DNA from: an uncultured Gemmatimonadales bacterium
GTDB taxonomy: Bacteria > Gemmatimonadota > Gemmatimonadetes > Longimicrobiales > Longimicrobiaceae
DNA length: 64,000 bases
Assembly (NCBI GenBank): GCA_963716255.1
Contig: OY970303.1
Coordinates: 6,944,001 to 7,008,000 of the forward strand
Direction of reading: 5' to 3'
This document shows positions 1-53,106 of this stretch, piece after piece. The position numbers were made by a program, and so were the translations under genes. Under the pieces are notes generated by a model that was not told the DNA's origin, did no database searches, and worked only from the letters and a program-made list of their open reading frames with translations. How positions within the stretch are numbered: position 1 is the stretch's first letter; every line of letters begins with the position of its first letter.

Positions 1-3000
1 GCGGCTCCTCCCCCCCGGAATACTCCCGCCCCTCCAGGTAGCGGTCCAGCTCGTACTGCAGGTAGCGGCGGATGTGGTCCTCGCCGCGGAGCTTCCTCAG
101 CACCATCTGCGCGGAGTACTGCGCCAGCGTCTCCGACAGCAGCTCCCGTCCCTCCATGTCCGCGCCGACCACCTGGTGCGACCAGTACTGGTGCGCGAGC
201 TCGTGCGCGGTGAGGTAGGTGACGTAGTCCATCGCCTCCGGCTCGCCGTAGTCGGAGATGAACCCCACCGTCTCCGAGTACGGGATGGTGCCGGCGAACG
301 CCTGCGCGAAGCCGTGGTAGCCCGGGAACTCCACGATCCGCGCGTGGTCGAACGGATAGGGGCCGAAGGCCGCCTGGTAGTAGTCGAGCGACGCCGCCAG
401 CGCGTCCAGCATGCGGTCCACGTTCCACGCGTGCGCGGGGTGATGGTACACGGCCAGGTCGACGCCGGCGTGCCGGCGGTGCTTTTCCGCGTAGCGGGCC
501 GACTGGATCGAGAAGCGCGGGTGGATGGGCACGCCGGACACGAAGCGGGCGACGCGCCTGCCCCCGCGCACCTCGTCCGAGACCCGGTTGCCGGGCGCGA
601 TCGGCACCTGGTCCGGCGACGTCGACACGGTGATGTCCGCCGTCGCCCATCCGCGCCCGTACGTGGAGCTCGCGGTGGCGGCGAGGTCTTCCAGCTTCGC
701 CGTCCCCGGCGCCTCCGGCAGCCCGTGCCTGCGCCGCGCCGCGGGGTCCTGCAGCGTGCCGGCGCGGACCAGCCCCACGACGGGGAGCAGGTGGCTCTCG
801 CCCAGAAAGGTGCCGTTCTCCACGATCCGGGTGTTCGTGGGCTGGTTGCGGAAGCCGCGCAGCCGCAGCCGCGTCTCGAAGGCCAGGACGCGCTCCTCGC
901 CCGGCCGCATCGGCCGGTCCAGGCGGAAGACGCGGTAGCCGAACCCGGGGTCGTCGGAGACCAGCCTGGCGCCCGCGATGGAGGCGCGGGCGAGCTCCAG
1001 CTCCCCGCCCAGCACGCGGACGTGGATGTCCGGGATGGAGTGCGCCGTGAAGTTGCGGAGGCGCAGGCTGCCCCGGGTCACCGCCCGCCGCTCCTCCGGG
1101 TGGAGCGCGACGTCGAGCGTGAGCGCCGCGACCCTCGGCTGCGGCAGGTCCGCGTACCTCCCGTACTTCTTCTCGTACGCGGCCGCGTGCGCCTCGCCCG
1201 CGCCCTGCGTCCGGTACCCGTTCAGCACGTTGGTGTTGTAGTACGCGAACGCGCCCGCCGCCGCGAACACGAGCAGCGCCGCGCAGGCCACCCGTCCGGG
1301 CGCCCCCGCCAGGCGCCGCCGCGCGTGCGCGAGCCTGGGCTTCAGCCGGACCTCGGTCCCTCGCCTCCACAGCAGGTGCGCGGCCGTCAGCAGCAGCGCG
1401 GCGAACGCCCCCCAGTACACGCGCAGCGTCCACGCGCCCCTCCAGAACGACCCGGCGCCGTTCATGTCGCTCAGCGGCACGCCCGGCGTCCCGCCGTACA
1501 GGAGGAGGTTGTGGTCCACGGCCGTGTTCATCTGCCGTCCCGCCAGGAAAAGCACCATCACGCCCCAGCCCACCGCCTTGTGGGGGCTGAGCGCCTGGAC
1601 GAAGACGGCCAGCGCCGCCAGGAGCAGCACGTCCCACGTCCCCGGCAGCACGTACCAGAGCAGGTACTTGCCGATCTCCAGTTCGGTGAAGCCCAGGGAG
1701 AGCTGGACGAGGACGGACGCGACGACGGCGGTCAGCAGCATGGCCACGAGCACCAGCGCCATCGCCGCCGTCTTGGACACCACGTACGCCCAGCTCGGCA
1801 TGGGCGCCGCGTCCACCAGCTCGTGCACTCTCCGGTCGCGCTCGCGCCACACCAGCTCGCCCGCGTAGTAGATGGCGACGAGGAGGGGGATCACGAACAT
1901 GCCGTTCTCGATCTCCGGGATCATGGACAGCGTCGTCGGGTAGGTCGGCTGTCCGTCCGGGTCGCGCTGGGTGGTCAGCGAGACGAGGGTCGTGAACAGC
2001 CCCCACGCCATCAGCACGGGAAAGGCGGGGCTGAGGACGACCTGCCGGGTCTCGAACCGCGTGCGCATCCACAGCAGCGCGCGCGTGGCCGCGCGGCCGT
2101 GCCGCGGCGCGGGGAGGGGCGCCGCCGCTCCCGCCCGCGGCGCGTCGTCCGCCGCCGCCGCAACTCCCTCGGCCAGCTTCCGCCGCTTCCGCTCGCGGTC
2201 CGGCATCCCCCGGTCCGCGAAGCGGAAGGCGGCGTGCGCGAGCGCCAGGCACAGGAGCGCGACGCCCACCCAGAGCAGGCGGTTGAGGAGCAGCGTGCCC
2301 GCGAAGTCGGGCAGCGCCACGTTCCGCTCGGCCACCGTCCAGTAGCGCGTCGCGTCCGTGAGGGCGCGCGAGCCGAACGGATCGGCGACGGCGACCGCAG
2401 TCTGCAGCTGCGGCCGGTCGGCGAAGGCGCCCTCCAGCACGAACAGGCCCGAGACGAAGCCGATGACGCCCAGGTAGGTCGCCATCATCGAGCGCGTGAC
2501 CGTCGCCAGCGCGAAGAAGACCGCCGAGTGGACGAGGACGTTGGGCAGCGCGACCAGGAAGTAGCCGTACAGGTGGTCGGCGAGCCGGTTCGGCCCCAGC
2601 GTCGCGGGATCGGCCCACGGCATCCGCGATCCCAGCCAGAGGGCGAGCGGCACGAGCAGCAGGCAGAGCGCCGCGACCGCGAAAGCGCCCAGGAAGCGGC
2701 CGGCCAGGTACTCGAACCCGCCGATCCTCGTCGAGCGCACGATCGGGCCGAAGCCGGTCTCGTCGTCGCGGAGGACGGCGCCCGCGACGAACGACGTCGT
2801 CACGAACATGAAGAAGATCGAGACCAGCAGGTAGTTCCGCAGCGTGGCGTAGGCCGCGTTCTCCAGGAGGCCGCCTTCGGAGCCGAACTGGAGCCCGGCG
2901 CTGATCGAGACGAAGTTGAACGCAAAGGTCGCCACGGCCGTCGCCCACAGGAGCGGGTTCCGGAGCAGGTAGCGGAATTCGAAGCGGGCGATGTGGAGGA

Positions 3001-3004
3001 GCAT
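1..3004 (-). CDS. ABC-2-type permease fused to a C-terminal M1-family zinc aminopeptidase domain (3' end runs off the window)
   Basis: Absent from the ORF track because it has no stop in the window. My translation from ATG 3004 reads MLLHIARFEFRYLLRNPLLW..., then many hydrophobic segments, then VEFPGYHGFAQAFAGTIPYSE and TYLTAHELAHQYWSHQV...LSETLAQYS (HEXXH-X18-E) at ~120-330. Lies 9 nt after the ABC ATPase stop. Confidence 0.9.
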   Translation of the reverse strand, partial: MLLHIARFEFRYLLRNPLLWATAVATFAFNFVSISAGLQFGSEGGLLENAAYATLRNYLLVSIFFMFVTTSFVAGAVLRDDETGFGPIVRSTRIGGFEYLAGRFLGAFAVAALCLLLVPLALWLGSRMPWADPATLGPNRLADHLYGYFLVALPNVLVHSAVFFALATVTRSMMATYLGVIGFVSGLFVLEGAFADRPQLQTAVAVADPFGSRALTDATRYWTVAERNVALPDFAGTLLLNRLLWVGVALLCLALAHAAFRFADRGMPDRERKRRKLAEGVAAAADDAPRAGAAAPLPAPRHGRAATRALLWMRTRFETRQVVLSPAFPVLMAWGLFTTLVSLTTQRDPDGQPTYPTTLSMIPEIENGMFVIPLLVAIYYAGELVWRERDRRVHELVDAAPMPSWAYVVSKTAAMALVLVAMLLTAVVASVLVQLSLGFTELEIGKYLLWYVLPGTWDVLLLAALAVFVQALSPHKAVGWGVMVLFLAGRQMNTAVDHNLLLYGGTPGVPLSDMNGAGSFWRGAWTLRVYWGAFAALLLTAAHLLWRRGTEVRLKPRLAHARRRLAGAPGRVACAALLVFAAAGAFAYYNTNVLNGYRTQGAGEAHAAAYEKKYGRYADLPQPRVAALTLDVALHPEERRAVTRGSLRLRNFTAHSIPDIHVRVLGGELELARASIAGARLVSDDPGFGYRVFRLDRPMRPGEERVLAFETRLRLRGFRNQPTNTRIVENGTFLGESHLLPVVGLVRAGTLQDPAARRRHGLPEAPGTAKLEDLAATASSTYGRGWATADITVSTSPDQVPIAPGNRVSDEVRGGRRVARFVSGVPIHPRFSIQSARYAEKHRRHAGVDLAVYHHPAHAWNVDRMLDALAASLDYYQAAFGPYPFDHARIVEFPGYHGFAQAFAGTIPYSETVGFISDYGEPEAMDYVTYLTAHELAHQYWSHQVVGADMEGRELLSETLAQYSAQMVLRKLRGEDHIRRYLQYELDRYLEGREYSGGEEP

Positions 3005-3013
3005 GGTCCCGGC

Positions 3014-3892
3014 TCAGGCGGCGCGGCGCGACCGCGCCAGCGTGGAGAAGTAGACGTCCTGCAGGCCGGCGTCGACCGGGGCGAAGCCGTCGCCCGGGTC
3101 CCGTTCGGCGAGGACGTGGACGATGGTGCGTCCGGCGAAGAGGCGCGTGGACAGGACCTCGTACCGCTCGCGGTGGGCGGCCAGCTCGCCGCGGTCCACG
3201 ACCTTCATCCAGATCCGCCCGCGGGTCTCCCGGATCAGCTCCAGCGGCGCGCCCTCCAGCCGCACGCGTCCGTCCGCCAGCACGGCCATGCGGGGGCACA
3301 GGTCCGACACGTCCTCCACGATGTGCGTGGAAAGGATCACCACCACGCTTTCGCCGATCTCGGCGAGCAGGTTCAGGAAGCGGTTGCGCTCCTCCGGGTC
3401 CAGGCCGGCGGTGGGCTCGTCGACGATGATCAGCTCCGGGCCGCCGATCAGCGCCTGCGCGATCCCGAAGCGCTGCCGCATGCCGCCGGAAAAGCCGGAC
3501 AGCGACTTCCCGCGCACGCTCCACAGGTTGGTCTGGTGGAGCAGCGTTTCCACCGTCGTCCGGCGGTCGGCCGCGGACGCGACGCCCTTGAGCACGGCCA
3601 TGTGGTCGAGCATGTCGTACGCCGAGACGCGCGGGTACACGCCGAAGTCCTGGGGGAGGTAGCCCAGGGTGCGCCGCAGCTTTTCCGGCTCGGCGATCAC
3701 GTCGACGTCGCCGAATCGGATGGCGCCCTCCGTCGGCGTCTGCAGCGTCGCGATCGTCCGCATCAGCGTGGACTTGCCGGCGCCGTTGGGGCCCAGGAGG
3801 CCGTACATGCCGCGCGGGACCGACAGCGTGACGTGGTCCAGCGCGCGCGTCCCGTTGGCGTACACGTGGCTGACGTCGTGGAGGTTCAGCAT
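3014..3892 (-). CDS. ABC transporter ATP-binding protein
   Basis: Walker A GPNGAGKS, Q-loop YLPQ, signature FSGGMRQR, Walker B IIVDEP, H-loop LSTH. ATG 3892 (MLNLHDVSHVY) preferred over the ORF-track start. Confidence 0.95.
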   Translation of the reverse strand: MLNLHDVSHVYANGTRALDHVTLSVPRGMYGLLGPNGAGKSTLMRTIATLQTPTEGAIRFGDVDVIAEPEKLRRTLGYLPQDFGVYPRVSAYDMLDHMAVLKGVASAADRRTTVETLLHQTNLWSVRGKSLSGFSGGMRQRFGIAQALIGGPELIIVDEPTAGLDPEERNRFLNLLAEIGESVVVILSTHIVEDVSDLCPRMAVLADGRVRLEGAPLELIRETRGRIWMKVVDRGELAAHRERYEVLSTRLFAGRTIVHVLAERDPGDGFAPVDAGLQDVYFSTLARSRRAA

Positions 3893-3979
3893 GGGGCTCG
3901 GGGAGGTGGGAGCGTGGGTGAAACCAGCGGTGACGCATCGAAGCTGCGGGGCCGCGCGGTGCCCCGATAGGCGTGTTTC

Positions 3980-4010
3980 GCCGGATGGCAGATCGGGGCC
4001 GGCGAACGGC
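3980..4010 (-). promoter_or_regulatory. Possible LytTR-type tandem binding site upstream of the ABC operon
   Basis: Imperfect direct repeat GCCGTTCGCC / GCCATCCGGC (7/10 identical, 21-nt period) on the minus strand, between the divergent ABC and kinase genes. LytTR regulators typically bind repeats spaced ~2 helical turns apart. Confidence 0.3.
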
Positions 4011-4091
4011 GGCGCGAGCCGTGGCCGCGGCGGGGAGGGCCCCCTATCATCAACGGCGAGCCCCATCCTCACCCCGTCCCAGGATGCCCAC

Positions 4092-5075
4092 GTGGTCCCG
4101 TTTCCCCTGATCCTCCCGGCGCTCGTCCAGGCAGGCGCGCCGGTGTGGTCGCCCGACGAGGTTGTGGCCGCCGTGATCCGGCCCCTCGTCGGCGCCGCGG
4201 CCGCGCTCCTCCTCTTCCGCCTGGTCCGCCGGGTGCCGTGGCCGCGGCCGTTCCGCCTCCGCTTCCTCGCCGTTCACCTCGCCGCCGCGCCCGTGCTCGC
4301 AGGCGCCTGGGGCCTGGCCTCGACCGCGCTCGCCGCGCTGTTCGTGGGCGGGTCCTTCATCGGGCGGGAGGCTCGCCACTGGGACGAGATCCTGTTCATC
4401 GGGACGTTCTCCTACGCGCTCCTGGCGGGGATCTTCTACGCCGTGGAGTCGAGCGCCCGCGCCGCCCGCGCCGAGGCCGCGGCGGCGCGCACGCAGCTCG
4501 CGGCGCTGCGGGCGCAGGTCCACCCGCACTTCCTCTTCAACGCGCTGCACACCGTGGTGCAGCTCATCCCCATCGATCCGGCGCGCGCGGCCGAGGCGGC
4601 CGAGGGGGTCGCGGAGCTGCTGCGCGCCACCCTGGAAGAGCAGCGCGACGAGGTCGCGCTGGGCGACGAATGGCGCTTCGTCTCGCGCTACCTGGCGCTG
4701 GAGCGCATCCGCTTCGGCGACCGGCTCGTCGTGCGCGAAGACATCGCGGCGAGCCTGCTCGGGGAGCGCGTTCCCGCGTTCGCGCTGCAGACGCTGGTGG
4801 AGAACGCGGTGCAGCACGGCGCCGCGCCGCGCGTCGCCCCCACACAGGTCGTGGTGGCCGCCACGGGCAGCGCGTACGAGCTGACGCTGTCGGTGCGGAA
4901 CACCGGCGACGGTCCGCCGTCCGTCCCGTCCAGGAGCGCTGCGGGGACGGGGCTGGCGCGTCTCCGCGAGCGGCTGACGGTCCTCTACGGCGGCGCGGCG
5001 CGGCTGACGTGCGGCCCGGCCGGGGGCGGCGGCTACGAAGCGATCCTCGTGGTGCCGCGCGGGAGGGCATCGTGA
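4092..5075 (+). CDS. LytS/YehU-family membrane sensor histidine kinase
   Basis: N-terminal TM segments, LRAQVHPHFLFNAL (His_kinase H-box), LQTLVENAVQHG (N-box), GTGL (G-box). GTG 4092 follows AGGA; start uncertain. GTGA overlap with the next gene. Confidence 0.9.
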   Translation: MVPFPLILPALVQAGAPVWSPDEVVAAVIRPLVGAAAALLLFRLVRRVPWPRPFRLRFLAVHLAAAPVLAGAWGLASTALAALFVGGSFIGREARHWDEILFIGTFSYALLAGIFYAVESSARAARAEAAAARTQLAALRAQVHPHFLFNALHTVVQLIPIDPARAAEAAEGVAELLRATLEEQRDEVALGDEWRFVSRYLALERIRFGDRLVVREDIAASLLGERVPAFALQTLVENAVQHGAAPRVAPTQVVVAATGSAYELTLSVRNTGDGPPSVPSRSAAGTGLARLRERLTVLYGGAARLTCGPAGGGGYEAILVVPRGRAS

Positions 5076-5809
5076 AGGTCCGGACGCTGGTCGTGGACGA
5101 CGAGCCGGTCGCGCGCGCCGGCCTCCGCGCGATGCTGGCGGCGTTCGACTGGGTGGAGGTGGTGGGCGAGGCGGCCGACGGGGTGGCGGCGGTCGAGGCG
5201 ATCGACCGCCTGCGGCCGGAGCTGGTCTTCCTGGACGTGCAGATGCCGGGGCTGCCGGGCACCGACGTCCTGCGGCGCGTGGAGCGGCAGCCGCTCGTCG
5301 TCATCACCACGGCGTACTCGCAGCACGCGGTGAGTGCGTTCGAGCTGGGCGCGGTGGACTACCTGCTGAAGCCGTTCGGCCCCGCCCGCCTGGCCGCGGC
5401 GATGGAGCGCATCCGCGCGGGCATCGGCGAGCCGGCCGGCGTCGGCGCGCTCGAGCGGCTGAGCGGCGCGCTGGCCGGCGGGCCCATCAGCCGCCTGTTC
5501 GTCCGGACGGGAGGCAGCCTGGTCCCGCTGCCGGTCGCGGAGGTCTGGTGGTTCGAGGCCGACGGCGACTACCTGACCGCCCACACCGGGCGGGCGCGCC
5601 ACGTGCTGCACCTGGCGCTCGGCCGCCTGGAGGCGCGGCTCGATCCCCGGCGCTTCGTGCGCGTGCACCGCGCGCACATCGTGAACCTGGACCACGTCCA
5701 GGCGTTCAGGCGCGACCTTCGGGGGAACCTTGAAGCCGAGCTGGCCGACGGGCGGCGGGTGCCGGTCAGCCGCGCCCGTGCGCAGGAGCTAAGGAGCCTG
5801 GGCCTTTGA
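5072..5809 (+). CDS. LytTR-family response regulator
   Basis: Receiver domain VVDDE...FLDVQMP...TTAY...DYLLKP; LytTR domain FVRVHRAHIVN...VPVSR. GTG overlaps the kinase TGA. Confidence 0.95.
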   Translation: MKVRTLVVDDEPVARAGLRAMLAAFDWVEVVGEAADGVAAVEAIDRLRPELVFLDVQMPGLPGTDVLRRVERQPLVVITTAYSQHAVSAFELGAVDYLLKPFGPARLAAAMERIRAGIGEPAGVGALERLSGALAGGPISRLFVRTGGSLVPLPVAEVWWFEADGDYLTAHTGRARHVLHLALGRLEARLDPRRFVRVHRAHIVNLDHVQAFRRDLRGNLEAELADGRRVPVSRARAQELRSLGL

Positions 5810-5810
5810 T

Positions 5811-6100
5811 GTCGGATCCGGATCTGGTCGGGACGGGCTGGTACGGCGGGTTTGGGCGTGCCCCCGGCGGGCGCCGGGGTCGGGCTTCGGCTCCGTAAGC
5901 CCGCAAACAACGCGGGCTAACGGAGTCGAGCCCCGGCGGAAACGGCCCCGCCGGGTCTCGTCCCTTCGGGCCGAAATCCCTCACGCGGGGTGGGCGCTGG
6001 CGTCCGCAGGTTTGGGCCCCCTCACCCCCCGGCCCCCTCTCCCCCGCAAGCGGGGGAAAGGGGGAGAACTGCACGGCATGGTCGACTTCAGCGTCTTGCG
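5811..6100 (+). repeat. Structured intergenic repeat, copy 1 (multi-helix core 5854-5987 plus CCCCCTCACCCCCCGGCCCCCTCTCCC...GGGGGAG palindrome 6017-6066)
   Basis: Aligns by eye with 50531-50780, 50859-51033 (reverse) and 54716-55005. Core runs GGGCGTGCCCC...GGTCGGGCT...ATCCCTCACGCG. Confidence 0.9.
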
Positions 6101-6228
6101 CAGGATGCAGAGAGCCTGATTCTCAAGGTATTCCCCGTGACCGGGGGCGCTGGAGCGGCGAGGGAGGCCGGCGGGAGTGCGGCGAAGCACGTCGGGCGGA
6201 TGGCGGGCTCTCCCTGCCGTGCCACGGC

Positions 6229-6257
6229 TTGAATGGTCGGCGCCAGCGGGTTAAGCT
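6229..6257 (+). promoter_or_regulatory. Candidate sigma70-type promoter for the megasynthase
   Basis: TTGAAT (6229-6234), 17 nt, TAAGCT (6252-6257), in a relatively AT-rich patch ~150 nt upstream of ATG 6409. Confidence 0.45.
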
Positions 6258-6408
6258 TGGGGTCGCATATAAACAGACAGCGGTTGAGTGAGCACGGACG
6301 GCGGGTGTGGCCCCGCGAGGGTTCTCCCTCGCCGCGGACTCGGTCGCCCTCCGCGAAGGAGCCGTGCTCGCGCCCGCAAGCTCTCGCAATTCCCGGCCTT
6401 CGCACCCG

Positions 6409-50529
<44,121 letters not shown>

Positions 50530-50530
50530 C

Positions 50531-50855
50531 GACCGGATCCGGCTGAAACAGCTTGGTACGACCGGTTCGGGCGTGCCCCCGCTGGCGCGGGGTCGGGCTG
50601 CGGCTCCGTAGCAGACGAAACGACCGTCTGCAACGGAGGCGAGCCCGCGCAAACAGCCGCGCGGTCTCGCCGCTTCGCGCTCGCATCCCTCACGCGGGCG
50701 CCGCGCTGGCGTCCGCGAGGGTGGGCCCCCTCACCCCCCGGCCCCCTCTCCCACGAGGGGAGAGGGGGAGCACGGCAACGGCGACCCCCCTCCCCCCGGC
50801 CCCCTCCCCCGCAAGGGGGGAGGGTGGCGAGCCTCAAGCGAGCCGGGTGGGGGCC
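50531..50855 (+). repeat. Structured intergenic repeat, copy 2 (core 50569-50696) followed by two palindromic units
   Basis: Begins immediately after the NRPS TGA. Shares the CGGATCCGG...GGTACG leader, the core and the downstream palindrome with copy 1. Confidence 0.9.
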
Positions 50856-50858
50856 TGT

Positions 50859-51033
50859 CGCGTGAGGGATTTCGGCCCGAAGGGGCGAGACCCGGCGGCT
50901 GTTTGCCGGGGCTCGACTCCGTTGGGCTGCGTTGTTTGCAGCCCTACGGAGCCGAAGCCCGACCCCGGCGCAGCCGGGGGCACGCCCGAATCCCATGCTC
51001 CCGACCCCGACGCCAGCCGAGGGCACGCCCGAA
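50859..51033 (-). repeat. Structured intergenic repeat, copy 3 (inverted), with an extra 5' half-unit
   Basis: Reverse complement is nearly identical to 54716-54891, including the GGGAGCATGGGATTC spacer. Starts 8 nt after the peptidase stop. Confidence 0.9.
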
Positions 51034-51041
51034 TCAGCCGT

Positions 51042-53060
51042 TCAATTCGAAACCGTCCAGCGGTTGTTGGTCCGGTCGATGTCCGGGAACGCCTCCTCCG
51101 GGTCGATCTCCACCCGCGTCACCGCGGGCACGGACCGGACCCGCACGACCTGGCTCCGCGCCCCTCCCAGCCACACCTCCACCGGCACCTCCACCCGCTC
51201 GGTGCTCCCGTCCGCGCGCGTCACCACCAGCCGCGCGGGCATCGGCGCCATCCCCAGGTCCGCGACGGTGATCTCGGTCTCGGCGCCGGCGGCGCGCACC
51301 CCGGCGACCGCCTGGTCCAGCGTCCACGTCTCGAACCACCAGGTGCGCCAGAACCAGTCCAGGTCGCGCCCGGACACGTCCTCGAAGGTGTTCCACAGGT
51401 CGTACGGCTGCGGGTGGCGGTTCGTCCAGCGCCGGCCGTACTCGCGCAGGGCGCGCACGAACACCTCCTCGCCCAGGAGCCCGCGGAGGCTCCGCAGGGT
51501 GGTGGCCGTCTTGTCGTAGCTGCCGAAGCTGAACGCCAGCGGGGTGGGGAACAGGTCGCCGTGGCGCATCAGCTCCGCCTCGCCCGTGTACGTCTCGCGC
51601 CCGCCCATGCGCGCCAGCTCCAGGTAGCGCTCGCGGACGTTCCGCTCCGGCTCCGGCCCGTGGAAGAACTCCCGCACCGCCTGCGCCTGGTTGAAGCGCG
51701 TGAGCCCCTCGTCCTGCCAGGTGTACCGGCGCTCGTTGGACCCCACCGACATGGGGAACCACATGTGCGCGGTCTCGTGGGCGGTCACGGAGTACAGCGA
51801 GATGGTGTCGCGCTGCCCGCCGATGCAGGTCATCATGGGGTACTCCATCCCGCTGCACGACACGACCCCGTCCATGGAGGTCATCTGCGGGTACGGGTAC
51901 GGCCACAGGTAGCCGCTGAGGAATTCCACCGCGTGCCGGGTGTAGACCGCGGACCGGTCCCACGCCCACGCCACCTTTTCGGGGCGGTAGAAGGTGTGGA
52001 TGGCGGCGGTGTCCGGCCTCCCGTCGCCCGTGGCGTCCCCGGCGGCGGCGGCGGTGGCGTCCCACAGGTACCGGTCGGAGGTCCCCCAGGCGAAGTCGCG
52101 GACGCCCCGGGCCTGGAACCGCCAGGTGAGCCTGCGGTCCGGCGAGGTGCGCGTCGCCCGCCCCGCGCCCCGGTCGGCCGCGGCGACCACGTGCACCACC
52201 CCGGCGCCGCCGCGCGCGGCCTCCAGCCGGGCGAGGGTCTGCGGGGTGAGAATTTCCGCGGCGTTGCCCAGCGTCCCGGTGGAGCCCACCAGCCACCCCT
52301 GCGGGACGGTGACGGACACGTCGTAGTCGGCGTAGCCCATGTAGAACTCCGCGCGCCCCAGGTACGGGTCGGTGAACCACCCGTCCACGTCGTCGTAGAC
52401 GGCGATCTGCGGGTACCAGTAGGCGATGAAGAAGACTTCGCCGTCGGTCCCCGTGCGCGGCGCCCCGTCCGGCGGGACGACGTAATTCCAGGCGAACTCG
52501 AAGTCGGCGCTCCCCCCGGGCTCGATGGGCCGCGGGAGCCGCAGCGTGGCGACGGTGCCGCTCACCGCGTACGCGGGCGTCCCCGCCTCGTCCAGCGCGC
52601 CGACGGCCGGGAGCGCCTGCCCCTGCGCCGCCACCCGCGCGAGCTCCACCCCTCCGGTCGCCGGGACCGGGTCGTTCCGGGGGGCGCCCGGCGCGAACAG
52701 GTTGGGGTGCAGGTACACCGCCACGGTGGCCAGGGTGTCGGGGGAGCGGTTCCGGTAGCGCACCGTCCCGGTCCCCGTGAGCCGCCGGGTGGCCGGGTCC
52801 AGCCGGGCCGAGAGCGCGTACTGCGCGTACTGCGTCCAGTAGCGCGGCCCCGGCCGGCCGGTGCGGGTGCGCGTCCCCCGCTCCACCGCGCGCCGGAACG
52901 CCGGGCTTTCGACCACCGGGTACGGCCGCGGCCGCGCCTCCGCGGCCGGCGGCGCGGCCGCCCGCGCCTGCGCTCCCGCGGGCGGCGGCAGCGCGCCGGC
53001 GAGCAGCGCGAGCCCGGCGGCGCGGAGCACGGGGTGGGCGATCCAACGGGAAAGGGCCAT
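51042..53060 (-). CDS. Secreted M1-family metallopeptidase
   Basis: Signal-like N-terminus (...ALLAGALPPPAGAQA), SGMEYP, HETAH...DEG (HEXXH-X18-E), SYDK. Confidence 0.9.
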   Translation of the reverse strand: MALSRWIAHPVLRAAGLALLAGALPPPAGAQARAAAPPAAEARPRPYPVVESPAFRRAVERGTRTRTGRPGPRYWTQYAQYALSARLDPATRRLTGTGTVRYRNRSPDTLATVAVYLHPNLFAPGAPRNDPVPATGGVELARVAAQGQALPAVGALDEAGTPAYAVSGTVATLRLPRPIEPGGSADFEFAWNYVVPPDGAPRTGTDGEVFFIAYWYPQIAVYDDVDGWFTDPYLGRAEFYMGYADYDVSVTVPQGWLVGSTGTLGNAAEILTPQTLARLEAARGGAGVVHVVAAADRGAGRATRTSPDRRLTWRFQARGVRDFAWGTSDRYLWDATAAAAGDATGDGRPDTAAIHTFYRPEKVAWAWDRSAVYTRHAVEFLSGYLWPYPYPQMTSMDGVVSCSGMEYPMMTCIGGQRDTISLYSVTAHETAHMWFPMSVGSNERRYTWQDEGLTRFNQAQAVREFFHGPEPERNVRERYLELARMGGRETYTGEAELMRHGDLFPTPLAFSFGSYDKTATTLRSLRGLLGEEVFVRALREYGRRWTNRHPQPYDLWNTFEDVSGRDLDWFWRTWWFETWTLDQAVAGVRAAGAETEITVADLGMAPMPARLVVTRADGSTERVEVPVEVWLGGARSQVVRVRSVPAVTRVEIDPEEAFPDIDRTNNRWTVSN

Positions 53061-53106
53061 CGCGTAGCGTCTCCGCGCGTGTGGGGTCTGGGGGAACGCG
53101 CGGAAT

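Noticed and set aside
74..3970. 1298-aa plus-strand ORF
   Set aside because: Antisense shadow of the minus-strand ABC ATPase and permease-peptidase genes, which carry the real motifs.
5954..5960. CGAGACC (minus strand) inside the repeat as another ECF promoter
   Set aside because: No GTAAC 14 nt upstream in any repeat copy.
6307..6408. GTG 6307 as the megasynthase start
   Set aside because: The first 34 codons show no FAAL similarity; ATG 6409 directly precedes it. Not fully excluded.
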